A program made the position numbers and the translations under genes. A stretch of 50,339 bases of DNA, filler included, from Catajapyx aquilonaris (Eukaryota), in NCBI GenBank assembly GCA_000934665.2. It is 2 parts of 2 records of this genome, joined end to end, with 100 filler letters (N's around TTAATTAATTAA, not from the genome) between each part and the next. Parts side by side here need not be neighbours in the genome. Positions count along the whole stretch, not along the records: positions 1 to 25,124 come from JYFJ02005424.1; positions 25,225 to 50,339 come from JYFJ02005425.1. One strand, 5' to 3'. Shown piece after piece: positions 24,166-35,995 of this stretch. Within the stretch, counting starts at the first letter, position 1. Each line of letters begins with the position of its first letter. The notes under the pieces were generated by a model. That model was not told where the DNA came from. It saw only the letters and a program-made list of their open reading frames with translations, and searched no databases.

Positions 24166-24307
24166 GATATAGGAATGGTTCGTGCCCCCTGAGCGATTCA
24201 CCCGCAGAACGTTTAAAAATCCTCCTATAACCTACTCTACGTTATTTGGCACAGTATTTAATGTGTTGCAGGTGAACCGCTCAGGGGGCACGAACCATTC
24301 TTATATC
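24166..24307. mobile_element. Small MITE
   Basis: gatataggaatggttcgtgccccctgagcgattcacc … ggtgaaccgctcagggggcacgaaccattcttatatc. Confidence 0.7.
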
Positions 24308-24308
24308 G

Positions 24309-25075
24309 ATTAGATCAAAAACTTTCCCTTCAGTAAAAAAAAGAGAAGTAAGACCTCCGCGGCGGAATGAAAGTACTGAAACAAGGCAGGCGCACGTAAG
24401 ACCTTCACCAATTGATTTAAGCTGTACCATAGGTCTTACTCAAGCAATTTCCAATTCACTGCTCATGAAGTCTCCTTTCTGAAACAAATCTTTGGAATTT
24501 CTGTCGTACTACTAGTTACTTCTAACTTAGCAGTACCAGTGTAGTGCAATGGTACTGCTAAGTTAGCAGTATATCTTAGCTCTTATTGGCAGCATTAGTT
24601 TTCCATGAGCCACTCTATATTAGTGTTTTATGAAATTAGGAACTTCAATATTAAGCACATTGAATTTCTATGCGATTAGTGCGAATTATTGCCCTGAAAC
24701 ATTCATGAAGAATCGTCACCTCTCTTTTAGATGCTGATTTTAACTCTAATGTTAAATTTTTCACATATAAAGGTTAATTGGTGAATTTTAGAGGGTCTTT
24801 TTCGATTGGACCAAGTCTGTTAGGATGGGTTTAGTTTTTCCCCAATTTTTTTCTTTTCATAATAAAATCCTACGTATACTGCTCTGAGTAGTTTGCAGCA
24901 GTCATTTTACGAGCCGTTCCGTACCGTACTTGAGAATTGCTTGAGTAAGACCTATGGTACATCTTAAATCAATTGGTGAAGGTCTTACGTGCGCCTGCCT
25001 TGTTTCAGTACTTTCATTCCGCCGCGGAGGTCTTACTTCTCTTTTTTTTACTGAAGGGAAAGTTTTTGATCTAAT
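24309..25075. mobile_element. TIR element with ~140-bp near-perfect inverted repeats
   Basis: 24309-24449 is the reverse complement of ~24935-25075 (one visible mismatch); AT-rich non-coding interior. Confidence 0.75.
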
Positions 25076-25124
25076 TTCAGTTCTTTTTTGACAGTACACA
25101 TAACTTATGCTCTACAGTGTGTAC

Positions 25125-25224
25125 NNNNNNNNNNNNNNNNNNNNNNNNNNNNNNNNNNNNNNNNNNNNTTAATTAATTAANNNNNNNNNNNNNNNNNNNN
25201 NNNNNNNNNNNNNNNNNNNNNNNN
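25125..25224. other. Artificial assembly spacer (44 N + TTAATTAATTAA + 44 N)
   Basis: Exactly 100 nt and symmetric; the 12-mer places stop codons in all six frames. Confidence 0.9.
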
Positions 25225-25226
25225 TA

Positions 25227-26654
25227 ATCCTGCACAACGTCTGCTACTTTTGTTTCCAGCCAGAGGACAAGCTCAACCCAACCATACCACAGTCACTCTA
25301 CAAACTGTTGGGACGAGACCACCTCTTTCCGATACCTGCTAGTCCGAATAGATGGGGGGAAATTTACCGAGCCGTTCATTATGAAGACGTTGACATGAAG
25401 AGAGCTCGAGAGAGGGCAAAAGATCCCGACAAGTACATCCTCTCTCTGGAAGAGTATGCACTGCTGGACATAGAAAAACGTCGGAATGTAACAATACGCG
25501 TGTACGTCCCAGAATTGTCTATGACTGATTTTTACCCCAATGGTACTTACAGCGGTTTCGTGGGCTCAATTTTCTATGGGCAGGCTGATGCAACAGTGGT
25601 ATTATATTTTACTGCCCAGTCAATCCGAGCAGTCACTGCACCGTTTCCTGTAATATTCCTTAGATTTTGTTTCATAAGAAGGCATGCTCAGCCAGACATA
25701 AAGTGGTACCTAATTGTCCAACCTTACACCCCAACAGCTTGGTTGGGTGTGTTTCTGACAGTCATTTTCTCGTCCATAATATTGTACATGCTTGAAAATG
25801 GCGAAGGAAGGATACGAACAGCTATTATGACAGGTAATGAACGAGCTTCGTCTCTCCTAAACATGTTGAGAATAATCATGCGTGAAATAATCGAGCAAGC
25901 AATTTCACTTGCACCTTACCCATCGCTTCGAGCCTTTTATTCGTACGTGTTGTTGTTTTCATTGGTGATTGGATGTCTATACAAGTCCAGAATCGTCGCT
26001 CTGCTCACTTTCCCAGAGACTGAGGTCCTGCCCAACACAGTCCGGGAATTGCACACCTCCAAATTTCCCATTGGTATAGTGCTAGCAATGAGGATTCTCA
26101 TCGGGAAAGGAATCAAGATGAGTGGGTTGAAATATGCGCAGGAAATGTACGACAGGAGTGAAACAGTGTCCCGTTGGGGCGAGTGTTTCGAGAGAGCAAT
26201 TCTCGAGGATTTTGCTTGTCTCGTGACAGACTACCATTATCGCCGAGAGTCGGTGAACTTCGTGGACCACAACGGGAACCCTCTGGTGCATTTGATGCCA
26301 GAGTATTATTTTCCCTCCTACACAGGACCAGCCTTGCCACGGGATGTAATAGACGCTCCAAGAATTTTAAGAGCATCGCTTCACATGTATGAATCCGCCA
26401 TATATTCGCAGAGAGAAGAGTACCCCAATCACCGCAAATTCCTCCGTCACATCCTGCGAGCCCGACACTTGGCCTCCGAAGATGGCAGTGTAACTTCCGA
26501 TGACCGTGTCCTGACCTTTTACAAGGTGTCCCCTGTCCTCCTCGTGTGGTCTTTCGGACTAGGTTTATCCAGCCTAGTTTTCCTTTCGGAGTTGTTGGTT
26601 CCTCGGAAGACGTCGAAAGACACCAATGTCCCCATCTACCCGTATTTGGCTTAG
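25227..26654 (+). CDS. Divergent ionotropic receptor (IR, variant iGluR family), 5'-incomplete, no intron in the visible part
   Basis: Frame is open from the gap to TAG at 26654. S1-like GTYSGFVGSIFYGQADA; pre-M1/M1 IVQPYTPTAWLGVFLTVIF; LRAFYSYVLLFSLVIGCLYKSRIVALLTFP…PNTVREL; S2 FACLV…VHLM…YESAI; final TM LTFYKVSPVLLVWSFGLGLSSLVFLSEL. Confidence 0.85.
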   Translation: MLHNVCYFCFQPEDKLNPTIPQSLYKLLGRDHLFPIPASPNRWGEIYRAVHYEDVDMKRARERAKDPDKYILSLEEYALLDIEKRRNVTIRVYVPELSMTDFYPNGTYSGFVGSIFYGQADATVVLYFTAQSIRAVTAPFPVIFLRFCFIRRHAQPDIKWYLIVQPYTPTAWLGVFLTVIFSSIILYMLENGEGRIRTAIMTGNERASSLLNMLRIIMREIIEQAISLAPYPSLRAFYSYVLLFSLVIGCLYKSRIVALLTFPETEVLPNTVRELHTSKFPIGIVLAMRILIGKGIKMSGLKYAQEMYDRSETVSRWGECFERAILEDFACLVTDYHYRRESVNFVDHNGNPLVHLMPEYYFPSYTGPALPRDVIDAPRILRASLHMYESAIYSQREEYPNHRKFLRHILRARHLASEDGSVTSDDRVLTFYKVSPVLLVWSFGLGLSSLVFLSELLVPRKTSKDTNVPIYPYLA

Positions 26655-27218
26655 TCTATTCTCCCCCAACACGAAAGTATTTACGTCTCCTTTAGGTCTC
26701 TTAATGTATGTTTGATGTGGCACCATATTTGATGAAATCATATTGTACAATATAATGCAAGTTACAGTCGTTGATTTTTTGTGGTCATTGTTCTTTGTGG
26801 TGTTGGTGTTGCGATAAAGACACAGATGCCATTAGATAACGCACATAATTATTGTTAGTCAAAAATATGTTATAGTGTATTTTCAAAAGCAATGGATTCA
26901 ATATATTAATATTTTAAAACATTTTCCTTAATAAAACCACAATATCAACATATCGGAAGAACATTTCCCGAAGCACAGAGACAATTCAAATCGTTCCAAT
27001 GTGTTGCAGAAAGATGAAGAGTAATAATTTGGCTTCTTTTCTTATCCTTCTGAGACCGGACGTCCAATATATTGGACATCCGGAAAAGTCTTTTTTTTGC
27101 GCCAACTGGTGATGCCAACACGTAATCTGTTGGTATCCCATGATTACAATCTGGCCTCAATAGGTGTAGCCACCTAGTGTCAAATATCTGACTTGGGCCG
27201 CGCAAATTAAATCGCGGA

Positions 27219-27232
27219 AAAAATGGCGGACG
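27219..27232 (+). promoter_or_regulatory. YY1/Pho-like motif (AAAATGGCGG) in a CpG-rich patch; possible promoter or 5' exon of the downstream F-box gene
   Basis: Motif only; a candidate donor ctg|gtaatt lies at ~27401. Confidence 0.25.
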
Positions 27233-28999
27233 CCGCTGCTGAAGCTAGGCGCTCATCTGATAAGTTTTTTTTTTCCTTCTCATATTTAGAGTGCGATTCT
27301 TGTCAATGCAGCGAATGTCCTGGGATTAACAAGGAATATGCATTAGGAAATACGAAAAGATGCGTCAGTGACAATCTTTGTTGCAATGCTGTAGAGAACT
27401 GGTAATTTTCTTTTCTTCCTGAGACCAAAATAATGACCATTTAAATGTACATCCGAAAAATGGCATTTTCTTTAAGTGCCTGTACCTATACACCCATAAG
27501 GAAGTGTGCTTTGCACTATGCAGTTCAGTTTTAAAATCTAGTATAGCGAGGTATAATGCTAGGAGGTCATAAGGGAAGGAGAAAGGCCCATGCCTGGAGT
27601 GGTGGCATTTCAAATAATTTAATATTTATCTTTAACCAGTACAAACGTAACATTGGAGATAATACGTATATAAGTGCATCGACAAATACTACTGCATGAG
27701 TAATTCGTATTGCAGTGCATTAGCTATATAGCTGTGCTGTTCTGCAATTTGAGCATTACTTTTCCAGCCTATTAATATTCACCTCTCCTCTATACATTTG
27801 CATATGAAAATTATTAGGCTAAAATTTTAAATAACAGGGAAAAAAGTAAAGGTAAGCTGAAAAATCATATGTAATTAGCATTAAATTTAATCTGGATTTT
27901 ACCGTTGCGCTTAATCGACATTAGACCCTTTTCTTTTGATACATTTTGCAATCAATTCTTAGAAATATCTTTCATAATATAGTAATAACCCCCCTCAAAA
28001 TACTCTCCTGCTTGTTAGAAAATCAAGAGTGTAACAGTACGTCAGTACATTAGGGTTTTACTTGCCCAAATTCATATTATTCGGCCACCCAGAAGAAATG
28101 GAGGGGTGGGGCTATAAACAAGATGCGATAAAAGGTTTCCATTAAGATTGTCTGGACTTTAGTATGGATAATTATGAATGGTAACAATTTAGCTAGGAGT
28201 CTACCAAAGTTGAAGTGAATTTGACAGTTAACACCTGAAATAAATATAATAATACCTTGCGCAGTGAATATCTGCTGTGTGGTCTGATAATATTGCTGTC
28301 ACTACGTTTGTTTCTTACTAACGAGATGGGAATTTTAATGACGAACCTCAGGGACCGCATAAACCCAAAAACCGCATTGCAATTAATTACAAAAGAAAAT
28401 CTACCACGGAATTTAAAAGCATTTATCTTGGCTTGCAGATGTTAAATTTTCTTTGAAGCATTTTTGAATTAAGGAATTTTTAAAGCCATTTTACATTAAT
28501 TGAATTGAAATTTGTATCATAGCACATTGGCCTGAGTTATAAATAAACAATACTATCATACCTGCCACCTGCAAGATGTTCGACAGTATGGCACAAAATG
28601 CTTTAGTCTCACAAAGTGGCTTGGTGTCCACCCATGATCTCACAACTTTTTTAGGCGGAGTCGCTAAGGACTTGGCGGTTTTTTTTACGAGTCCGTTTTT
28701 GGTTAGATTTAATATACTTTAAACTATGCCTTGTTGTGTTTTTACTTCACCTGAGCATTACGTCAGAATATTTTTTCATGGCATGACTTATTCAGATAGT
28801 GAGAGAGTGTGTTGTGTTGGGAGTCACTTTTGGGGATGGGGGCTAATAGGGCATGTCATTGGCACATGTGACCAGAGGGCATAATCCCGGGCCCGCCTTC
28901 CTCCTGATGTCAGTCCATGATATAGGGTGGCGTCTAGTGGAGTCACTTTCTCGGCTCGGCTTGTCACTAGTGTAGTCACCAGTCCTCTCACTGCCAGCC

Positions 29000-31175
29000 A
29001 TGCCTTCACGTCGTGGTCGTATAGCACGCTCTTTGCTCTGCTGCTTTCCGCTATATTCAAGCTCAACATCGGAGGAATCGGACCAGGTCAATGGAAGTCA
29101 ACACCAAGCAGGAAAGGTCAGTTCACTCTTTTATTACTGTACATGGACTTCAATTATTCCTATATGTACCAAAAATGTGCATTTTTCGCCCCTCTTGACT
29201 GTACAAGAACGGCCTGTAGATTTTTATGTTACTACGCATATTTTGTCAGCATGTTTTTGCACTTTAAAGACACCTGAAGCTGCATGTAGAGTTTGTTCAC
29301 ACTTTGCTTAGCATGAAATAGGTAAATAAAATATTATTGGGCAACAATTTTTGTAGGGATATTTTCCACCCCGACTTGACCCCAAACTGTGTGCATTTAG
29401 TAGTGGCCCTTGTGTTTATACCGTTGATATCTGCTGGAAGGTCAATGGTCGTCGTTCCCCCAAGGAAAAACTATCGGTGAACAACATTGATAGTAGGCCA
29501 GTTGCCCTGCATTATTGTGAGATTATCTGAGTGTGTGTCCCCGCCACGAGCGCTTAATTAAATGTAAGTGAAGAAATATTATTTTTCAACTTGACCTATA
29601 TAGGCTCAACTTCGCCATTAAACTGTAGTTAAATGCATTGCCGCAATAGTAATTTTTTTCCGATATTTTTATTGATACTGATGTGATGTAATTACGGAAT
29701 GTGATAATGTCTTTTGACGTTTTAAAAAGGGAACGAACTTTACCGGCACATTTTTAGTTATTATTTATTTGAATTTCTCCGTGATATTGCACTTCAGACA
29801 CATGTAATTAATTACCAACATTTAACCAATTATTAGTCCATGTAATGTAAACTGTTACCGGTACATTTTGTGAGGAATTTGACCGCACATGGCTTGTAAC
29901 CTTGTACAGAGATTAGCCTTGGGAGGGTGGAGAAGTCCATGAAAAGAATTTTCTTGAGGGTAAATGAACTGGAGGTTTTTCCGATGTATTTTCCTAACAT
30001 TTTCAAAAAATTTCCAGAGTACGGCCAAGATGTCGCCTTTTGCCAAACTTCCTCCGGAGATGAAACTCCGGATATTCTCCTACCTGACCAAGCCGCAAGA
30101 TAAGCTTCTAGGTGCCGGATTGGTGTGTCGTGAGTGGCGTCTACTGTTGCTGGATGCCACTCTCTGGAAGAAGATTGTGATTGACGGAAGAAGGGTCAGT
30201 GACGAAGATGCTGCTGATGTGGTCAGGAGAATGCCGGAACCCAACAGGTTGTACCTGCGACACTTTCCAACCTCCGACAGTGTCCTGGAGGCTGTAGCCG
30301 AAGAATGGAGTGACCTGAAAGTGCTGGAGATGCAGATGGTCCACACACTGAAGATCACCACGATGGAGATGCTGGCCAGCAGGTGCTCCAAACTGATTTC
30401 TGTCACTCACAACGCGTGTCATCATCCGGATGGAACTCGAAGCCCAGTTGACCTGTTCTCCGGATGTGAACAGCTGACCACCTTCAGGCTTATAAAATCC
30501 GGTCGAAGTTCACCTGTGGGTATGAACACTCCTAGTTATCCATCCCTCTCACAGCTGACTTTGCTGAGCCAAGACGGCTGCGATGCTGAACTGAAGGCGT
30601 TGATGGAAGCCTCGAAAGGTCAGCTCCGTAATCTGAAGGTGTCAGGTGTGTGTGAAAAGGCAACGATGCGGGTGTTGTCTCGGCAGCATCTTGAAGCCCT
30701 CCGGATCGTGTTTGTTCTTAACCAGAAGCCTAACAACCTGCTCAGAATAGGTGTTCAGCCAATCCAACACTTGCGTGAGTTGCATCTGAACGGACCTGAA
30801 GACGAGAGGCCCGGATCGCTTCCGACACGTGAGACCTTCTCTCATCTGTTTGGTCATCCCCGACCCACAATGGAGGTCATCACCTTCCAATGCATCGGCA
30901 CAATTGACAACGACCATCTAAACTTGCTGGCAATCAACTGTCCTTCGCTGGTCAGACTCTCGGTGGTTCTGACCAAATCCAGCTTCAGCGGACTGATCAG
31001 AGTGGCCAGCAGCTGCAGAAGACTCAAGTTCCTCAAGTTCTATCCGACCAGCTGTCGGAACATGACCGGACCACAACTGAAGCAGCTGGTGGAGACCAAG
31101 GACGACCTGGAGATAGATTACTTGGAGAACATGTCCTGGTACGCCAAGCACTACCGGATACCACGCAGGAAATGA
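29000..31175 (+). CDS. F-box/LRR-repeat protein (exons 29000-29116, 30018-31175; ~424 aa; alternative start ATG 30030)
   Basis: F-box FAKLPPEMKLRIFSYL…AGLVCREWRLLLLDATLWKKI followed by LRR-like repeats (LAINCPSLVRLSV, ASSCRRLKFLKF). The upstream exon (gccagccATG … AAG|gtcagt) joins tttccag|AGT in phase 0 but is less certain than the main exon. Confidence 0.85.
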
Positions 31176-31595
31176 AAAATGTAATTTGCAATTTTCCAGC
31201 CGATATTTTCTGGTCAAACCTTTTTTCATGCGATTTCCATTTTTGACGCCACAGTAATGATTGTGAGAGCAACTTGACTATGTACTGAATGTAAAATAAT
31301 AATAATAAAGCTTCAATCATGCACAGCAGTTGAACTGACGTTTAATTTGGAACCGGACCAATCCATGTTAATGCAGTTTAATTAATATTCTTATTGCATG
31401 TTGAATGTGGCAGGTGAGGTCTTAAAATTTGGTCTGTAATAACCAGTCCGTAATAACAAAAGTTGGGCTAATATTTATCTGGTATTGAGCAACAAAGCAT
31501 TTTTGAACAAACCGGTCCATTTTATTTATGTGATGATGATGATGAGATTACTATTTAAATTTTGAGCATTTTTGCCTGGAAAAAATAATTTCGAT

Positions 31596-34500
31596 TTATG
31601 AGAATTCCCTGGTGATGGCTGCGCCGGTCAGGATGCCAAGAAGAAACGACATCGTAAGGTACACTCCAGTGAACCGACTCTGGTTCTCCACACCAGTCCT
31701 GAGCTGCAAGGCAAATCGAAAATAATGTCAACAATGAACACCTTCATACTCTTTAAAGAGCAAGTGTTGTTTTTTTTATAAAAAAAAGTCAGTTTGCCAA
31801 AAGTAGTTGCCAACCTACCCCTTTGCAGATGTTCTCGATTCCTTGCGGCAGTACCTCTGAGGCCAACCTTGACATCGTGTCCTTCGGTGGTAAATTTCTG
31901 CAGACACCAGCACGGGGTTTGTGCCCATATGGTTTTTTGAACTGCGAATAACACGGAACGCAATTGTTGCATCAGTTTGAATAAATTCATATCGATCAGA
32001 CAATATTTAATTAGTTATTGGGACGACAATTATTACCTGCTTGACGGTTTTGGCCGGATGAGCAGTTGTTTCGGCGGGTTTCTTGTCCAGCAGCTGCATC
32101 ATGGCCGGAGGGAGGGACATGCGCAGCTCGTCGTACAGCTCCATGACCTCGTCCGGAGACAGGGTGGCCAGCAGCTTGAAGATGTCGTCCACGATCTCCC
32201 CGCACTCGCAAGGCTCGAAGCAGCCGCAGGGCTCCTTGGGCCCGCTCGTCTTGAGCACCCTCTTCTTTCGAGGCTCGAACTTGGCTGGTGACGACACAGA
32301 GGGCGATATCATTAAAAAAAAAAAGGAGTCAAGATAGCGCGCACCCACATTCGCGCAGCTCCATTGTCCTGACAACAACGGTGCCAGAGTTACTCCTACA
32401 CCCGTCTGAGGTTCCGGAGCCTTGGCAACGTCGTAAACGCCATATGGTCCCCCCTCCCAAGTGTAGCGTTGGAAATAAGTGCAGCCAGTATACACATAGA
32501 GCTATTGATAATGCTATCTGCGCGAAATGTGCTGCGCTCTCGGTTAAAACCATTTCAGATTAATTGAATTGATTTTGTGTGTGTGTGTACTTACCGGCCT
32601 GATCCGGCTGGTGGTGGTGTGCGCATGGGCAATGGGCCTTGCACACGCAGGTGCATGACTGCTTAGGATCGGCCGAGTGGTAGCACGTGCATCCGGTGGA
32701 CACACACACCGGGCAGTCCTCAGGACAGCTTCCGGAAATGGCCTCACTTCCAGCAGACACAGTGTCGGTCCCGCTGCGATTCGGGGACGCTCCTGACATC
32801 GGGGACGCTCCGGACGTCGGGGACAGTCCTGACATCGGAGACGTCCCTCTGTCCGACAGCAGGAAGGAGTGCTCGGGCGGACCACCCTTATTGAAGACCA
32901 TGCTGGGTTTGGCAGACCCGAGCATAACCGCGACGGAGCGGCACACCAACCCTGGGAGATGCGAGCAGACGCAGGGCCCGATGCACACGCAGCTTGGGGT
33001 CATTGGCACGGAGTCGTACATCGCCGCGTCCGGAACGAACTCATCGGGCGACTTGTAGCAGCGGCAGGGACCCACGCAGACGCAGCTGTTTCCTCTGGCC
33101 ACCTGGCTGACCTTGGAAGGCGCGCACATGCAGGGACCCATGCACACGCAGCTGCTTCCTTTGGCCCCCTGGCTGGCCCGGGAAGGCACGCACATGCAGG
33201 GACCCACGCACACGCAGCTGGCTTTGCCGGCCTCGGAAGCCGGTGCGGGCTCCGCCGATTCTTCCGTCTCGTCGCACCTGCAGTCGTCGCCGCACGTGCA
33301 ATCGCTCATCATGCTGTACTGATCCGACCTATCCGAGAGCTCCTTCCAGTTCTGCGGTATGTACGCGTCCATGTTCCCTTCCAGCTTCAGTATCTTCTTG
33401 TCCGGACCGCACGTCGACTTGGCTGCAGCGGAAGGGTTGGGGCACTCGCAGACCTCGCAGGTGCACTCGTCATCCTCTTCTGTATGGTCCACCTGGTACG
33501 TCGCCACCTGGTCCACCCCGCCTTCGACCCTCCCGTACGTGGAGACCCGCTGCGTTTGAACACCGCTCTCGCTCGACTCCACGAACTTCTGCGTCTCGAT
33601 CTTCTCGGTGCTCTTGGTCATCTCGAGCAGCGCGATCTCCGGGACCTTCTGGATCGACAGGGTGCCAGGAACCCCTTCCGACTCGCCACCTTCCTGCTCC
33701 AGCTTCTCCATGTCCGCCAGAGTGAACGAGGCCTTGTACAGATCGCCCTCCAACCTTCCCGGTTCCGCGTGCTTGACCACCTCCAGGGTCAGTCCCGTCT
33801 CGCCGTGTCCGGTCGGATCGGACGCGTCCATGTGGGACGTCGCCTTGATGTCCATGACCGGACCTTCCTCCGAGTACATGTGGAGGCTCAGGTTGACGTC
33901 CACCGGACCTGGGAAAGGCGGGTAGGCCGCGTTGAACGACCGTCGTCCCGACACCTGCTGGTCCTCCGGGAGCGTTGACCCATCCAGACACTCCCCTGCC
34001 TGCACCCCTTTGTCGACGACAGGAACCACGCTGGCCTGGGTCATCGCGTCCACCAGGCCTTCTCGAGGCGGCAAGGTGCCTGACTTGGCCTGCCGCATCT
34101 TGGCCTTGCCCTGTTCCAACGCCTTCTGAGCCGCTTCAGCGATGGACACCTTGCTGCCCCTCGCCGATTTGGACTGTCCCGGTGCCGCTGCCTCCACCGC
34201 CCCTTCCTCCGCCGGTTGCGCTTCTTGGTCCGAAAAGTTTGAGGCCGTGTCGCTTTCCACTTGGTCCGATTTGACCGAGGATTTGTCGCTTGGGGCCGAC
34301 TGGTAGCTTATTGGGGCCGACTGGTCGCTTACTGGGGCCGACTGGTAGCTTGTTGGGGCCGACTGGTCGCTCATTGGAACCGACTTGTCGCTTGTGCCCG
34401 ACTTGTCGCTCGGGCCCGACTTGACGCTCGGGTCCGTCTTTCCGCTAGATATGTCGTCCGTTTCTGTCCGCTGGGAGGGCGACCCTGAACCAGGGGCCTC

Positions 34501-35995
34501 CGGTTCGGCGACGACGGGTTTACCTGCGGGATCGACCAAGGTCAGCAGCTCGGTCGGAAGGACCTTGGACGTTTTGTCGTCCGGATCCGCTTTCCAAACG
34601 ATGTCCGCTTGAAGACCCTGATCACGCTGGCTGGCCGCTGAACAAAATTTTATTAAAAAGTCAAAATGGTCTCTTAACTGCTAGAAAATTAGAAATTGAG
34701 ATTCTGCGTGCAAAATGCTCAGGAGCCGTATACTCATCAAGGTCACTCGCAATCGACAAAGTCGATTGACGTCAAAATGACGTCGCAAATGACGACCAGG
34801 GCAGGGGGAAGAGAATTGGCGACGTCATTTTGACGTCAATCGACTTTGTCGATTGCGAGTGACCTTGATGAGTATACGGCTCCTGCGCGTAGTCCCGTGC
34901 AGGAGGCTCAAAGTGCCAAAAAAAAAAAGCGTGGTACTGAAGGTATCCTACAGATGGCACCGGCTGTACGTGCGCATCACTGGTGCGCATAGTCTTCTCA
35001 TTTTTAATTAACTCAATATCTCGTTTCAAGAAATTTGGCACTTTGAAGCCTTTGGCATTTCCCCCTCTTTATTGCAACAAGCTGTATGTAATAAAATAAA
35101 ATCGCATGTACTTACCACTCGGTCCAGCCACGCCAGGCTGCAAAGAAAGCCGCAGAAGATGAGACAATCGAAAATGGAAGCATTTTACATAATGAACGAA
35201 TACCATTATTTATTTTTACTTAAATCGTCCAAAACATTTCGAGTCAATTGCAACGCAAATTATTTATCTACTGGAACGAAGATTTCCAGGCTTTGCTTTA
35301 AAAATCTGTGCACTTTTCGTGCTTTACAAATATCTAATTAGCTTATTTAAAAAAAGTATATTCGAGAAGCAAGAAGAAATTAGCCGGCTCAAAAATATTA
35401 GGAAGTTGGAAAGTGTGCAATAAGTGAGTCGTACAGTACTTACCGGCTGGTAGGGAAAGGCTGGAAAGGAAAGGAAATATTTCAAGTTAGTGTATAATAA
35501 TGGTTGTATTTAATGTTAAACAAGAAAAATGAGTGTGAAATAATTAGTGATGATTATTTATCCTGAGTGCGATAGATGCATCAATGTACAAAAAATTAAC
35601 TCATGTGTCTTGTACACCGTAGAAGTGTAATTACTCATAAACTGGCCTTCTGCTGCCTTGAAAAGAATATGAACGACTCACCAGATTTTGGTTGCGACTT
35701 CTTTAGAGCGACTTGATCCTCGCAGAATTTTGCACAAAATTCCAAGACGTTACTGGGCTGATTTTTTAGAACCTGCAGTACAAAGTGTACATGTTTGCAC
35801 ATTGTTCTCTGTATACGGTCACAATTTTATATTTCATTACATTGTGAACAGTCTCTTTACCTCTCTGCATAGGTCATAGAGGAGAGGCTTCAAGCCGAGT
35901 GGGATTGGGTACTTCTTCTTCCCGTCAGGACCTTCAGGCTCCGGTATTGAGTTCAATTTTCGCACAGAATTTGGGCGCGTCGGCGGCATTGTCAT
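31596..35995 (-). CDS. RIIa dimerisation/docking-domain protein with low-complexity and Cys-rich repeats (~887 aa); exons 35861-35995, 35682-35772, 35444-35460, 35116-35137, 32595-34637, 32037-32284, (optional 31819-31897), 31596-31703
   Basis: Spliced N-terminus YPIPLGLKPLLYDLCRE|VLKNQPSNVLEFCAKFCED fits the PKA-RII/Sp17/CABYR/ropporin D/D motif. GT-AG junctions chain in phase (0,1,0,1,1,0) into the 659-aa ORF of the track. The last exon(s) are uncertain. Confidence 0.72.
34720..34885. mobile_element. Young MITE with 67-bp perfect inverted arms, in an intron of the RIIa-domain gene
   Basis: 34720-34786 is the exact reverse complement of 34819-34885. Confidence 0.85.

Noticed and set aside
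25169..25180. TTAATTAATTAA as a biological motif (homeodomain or piggyBac site)
   Set aside because: Centred in a symmetric N-run; synthetic six-frame stop linker.
32687..34612. Long + strand and alternative-frame ORFs (e.g. 32869-33978, 369 aa)
   Set aside because: Antisense shadows of the GC-rich, codon-biased minus-strand exon.
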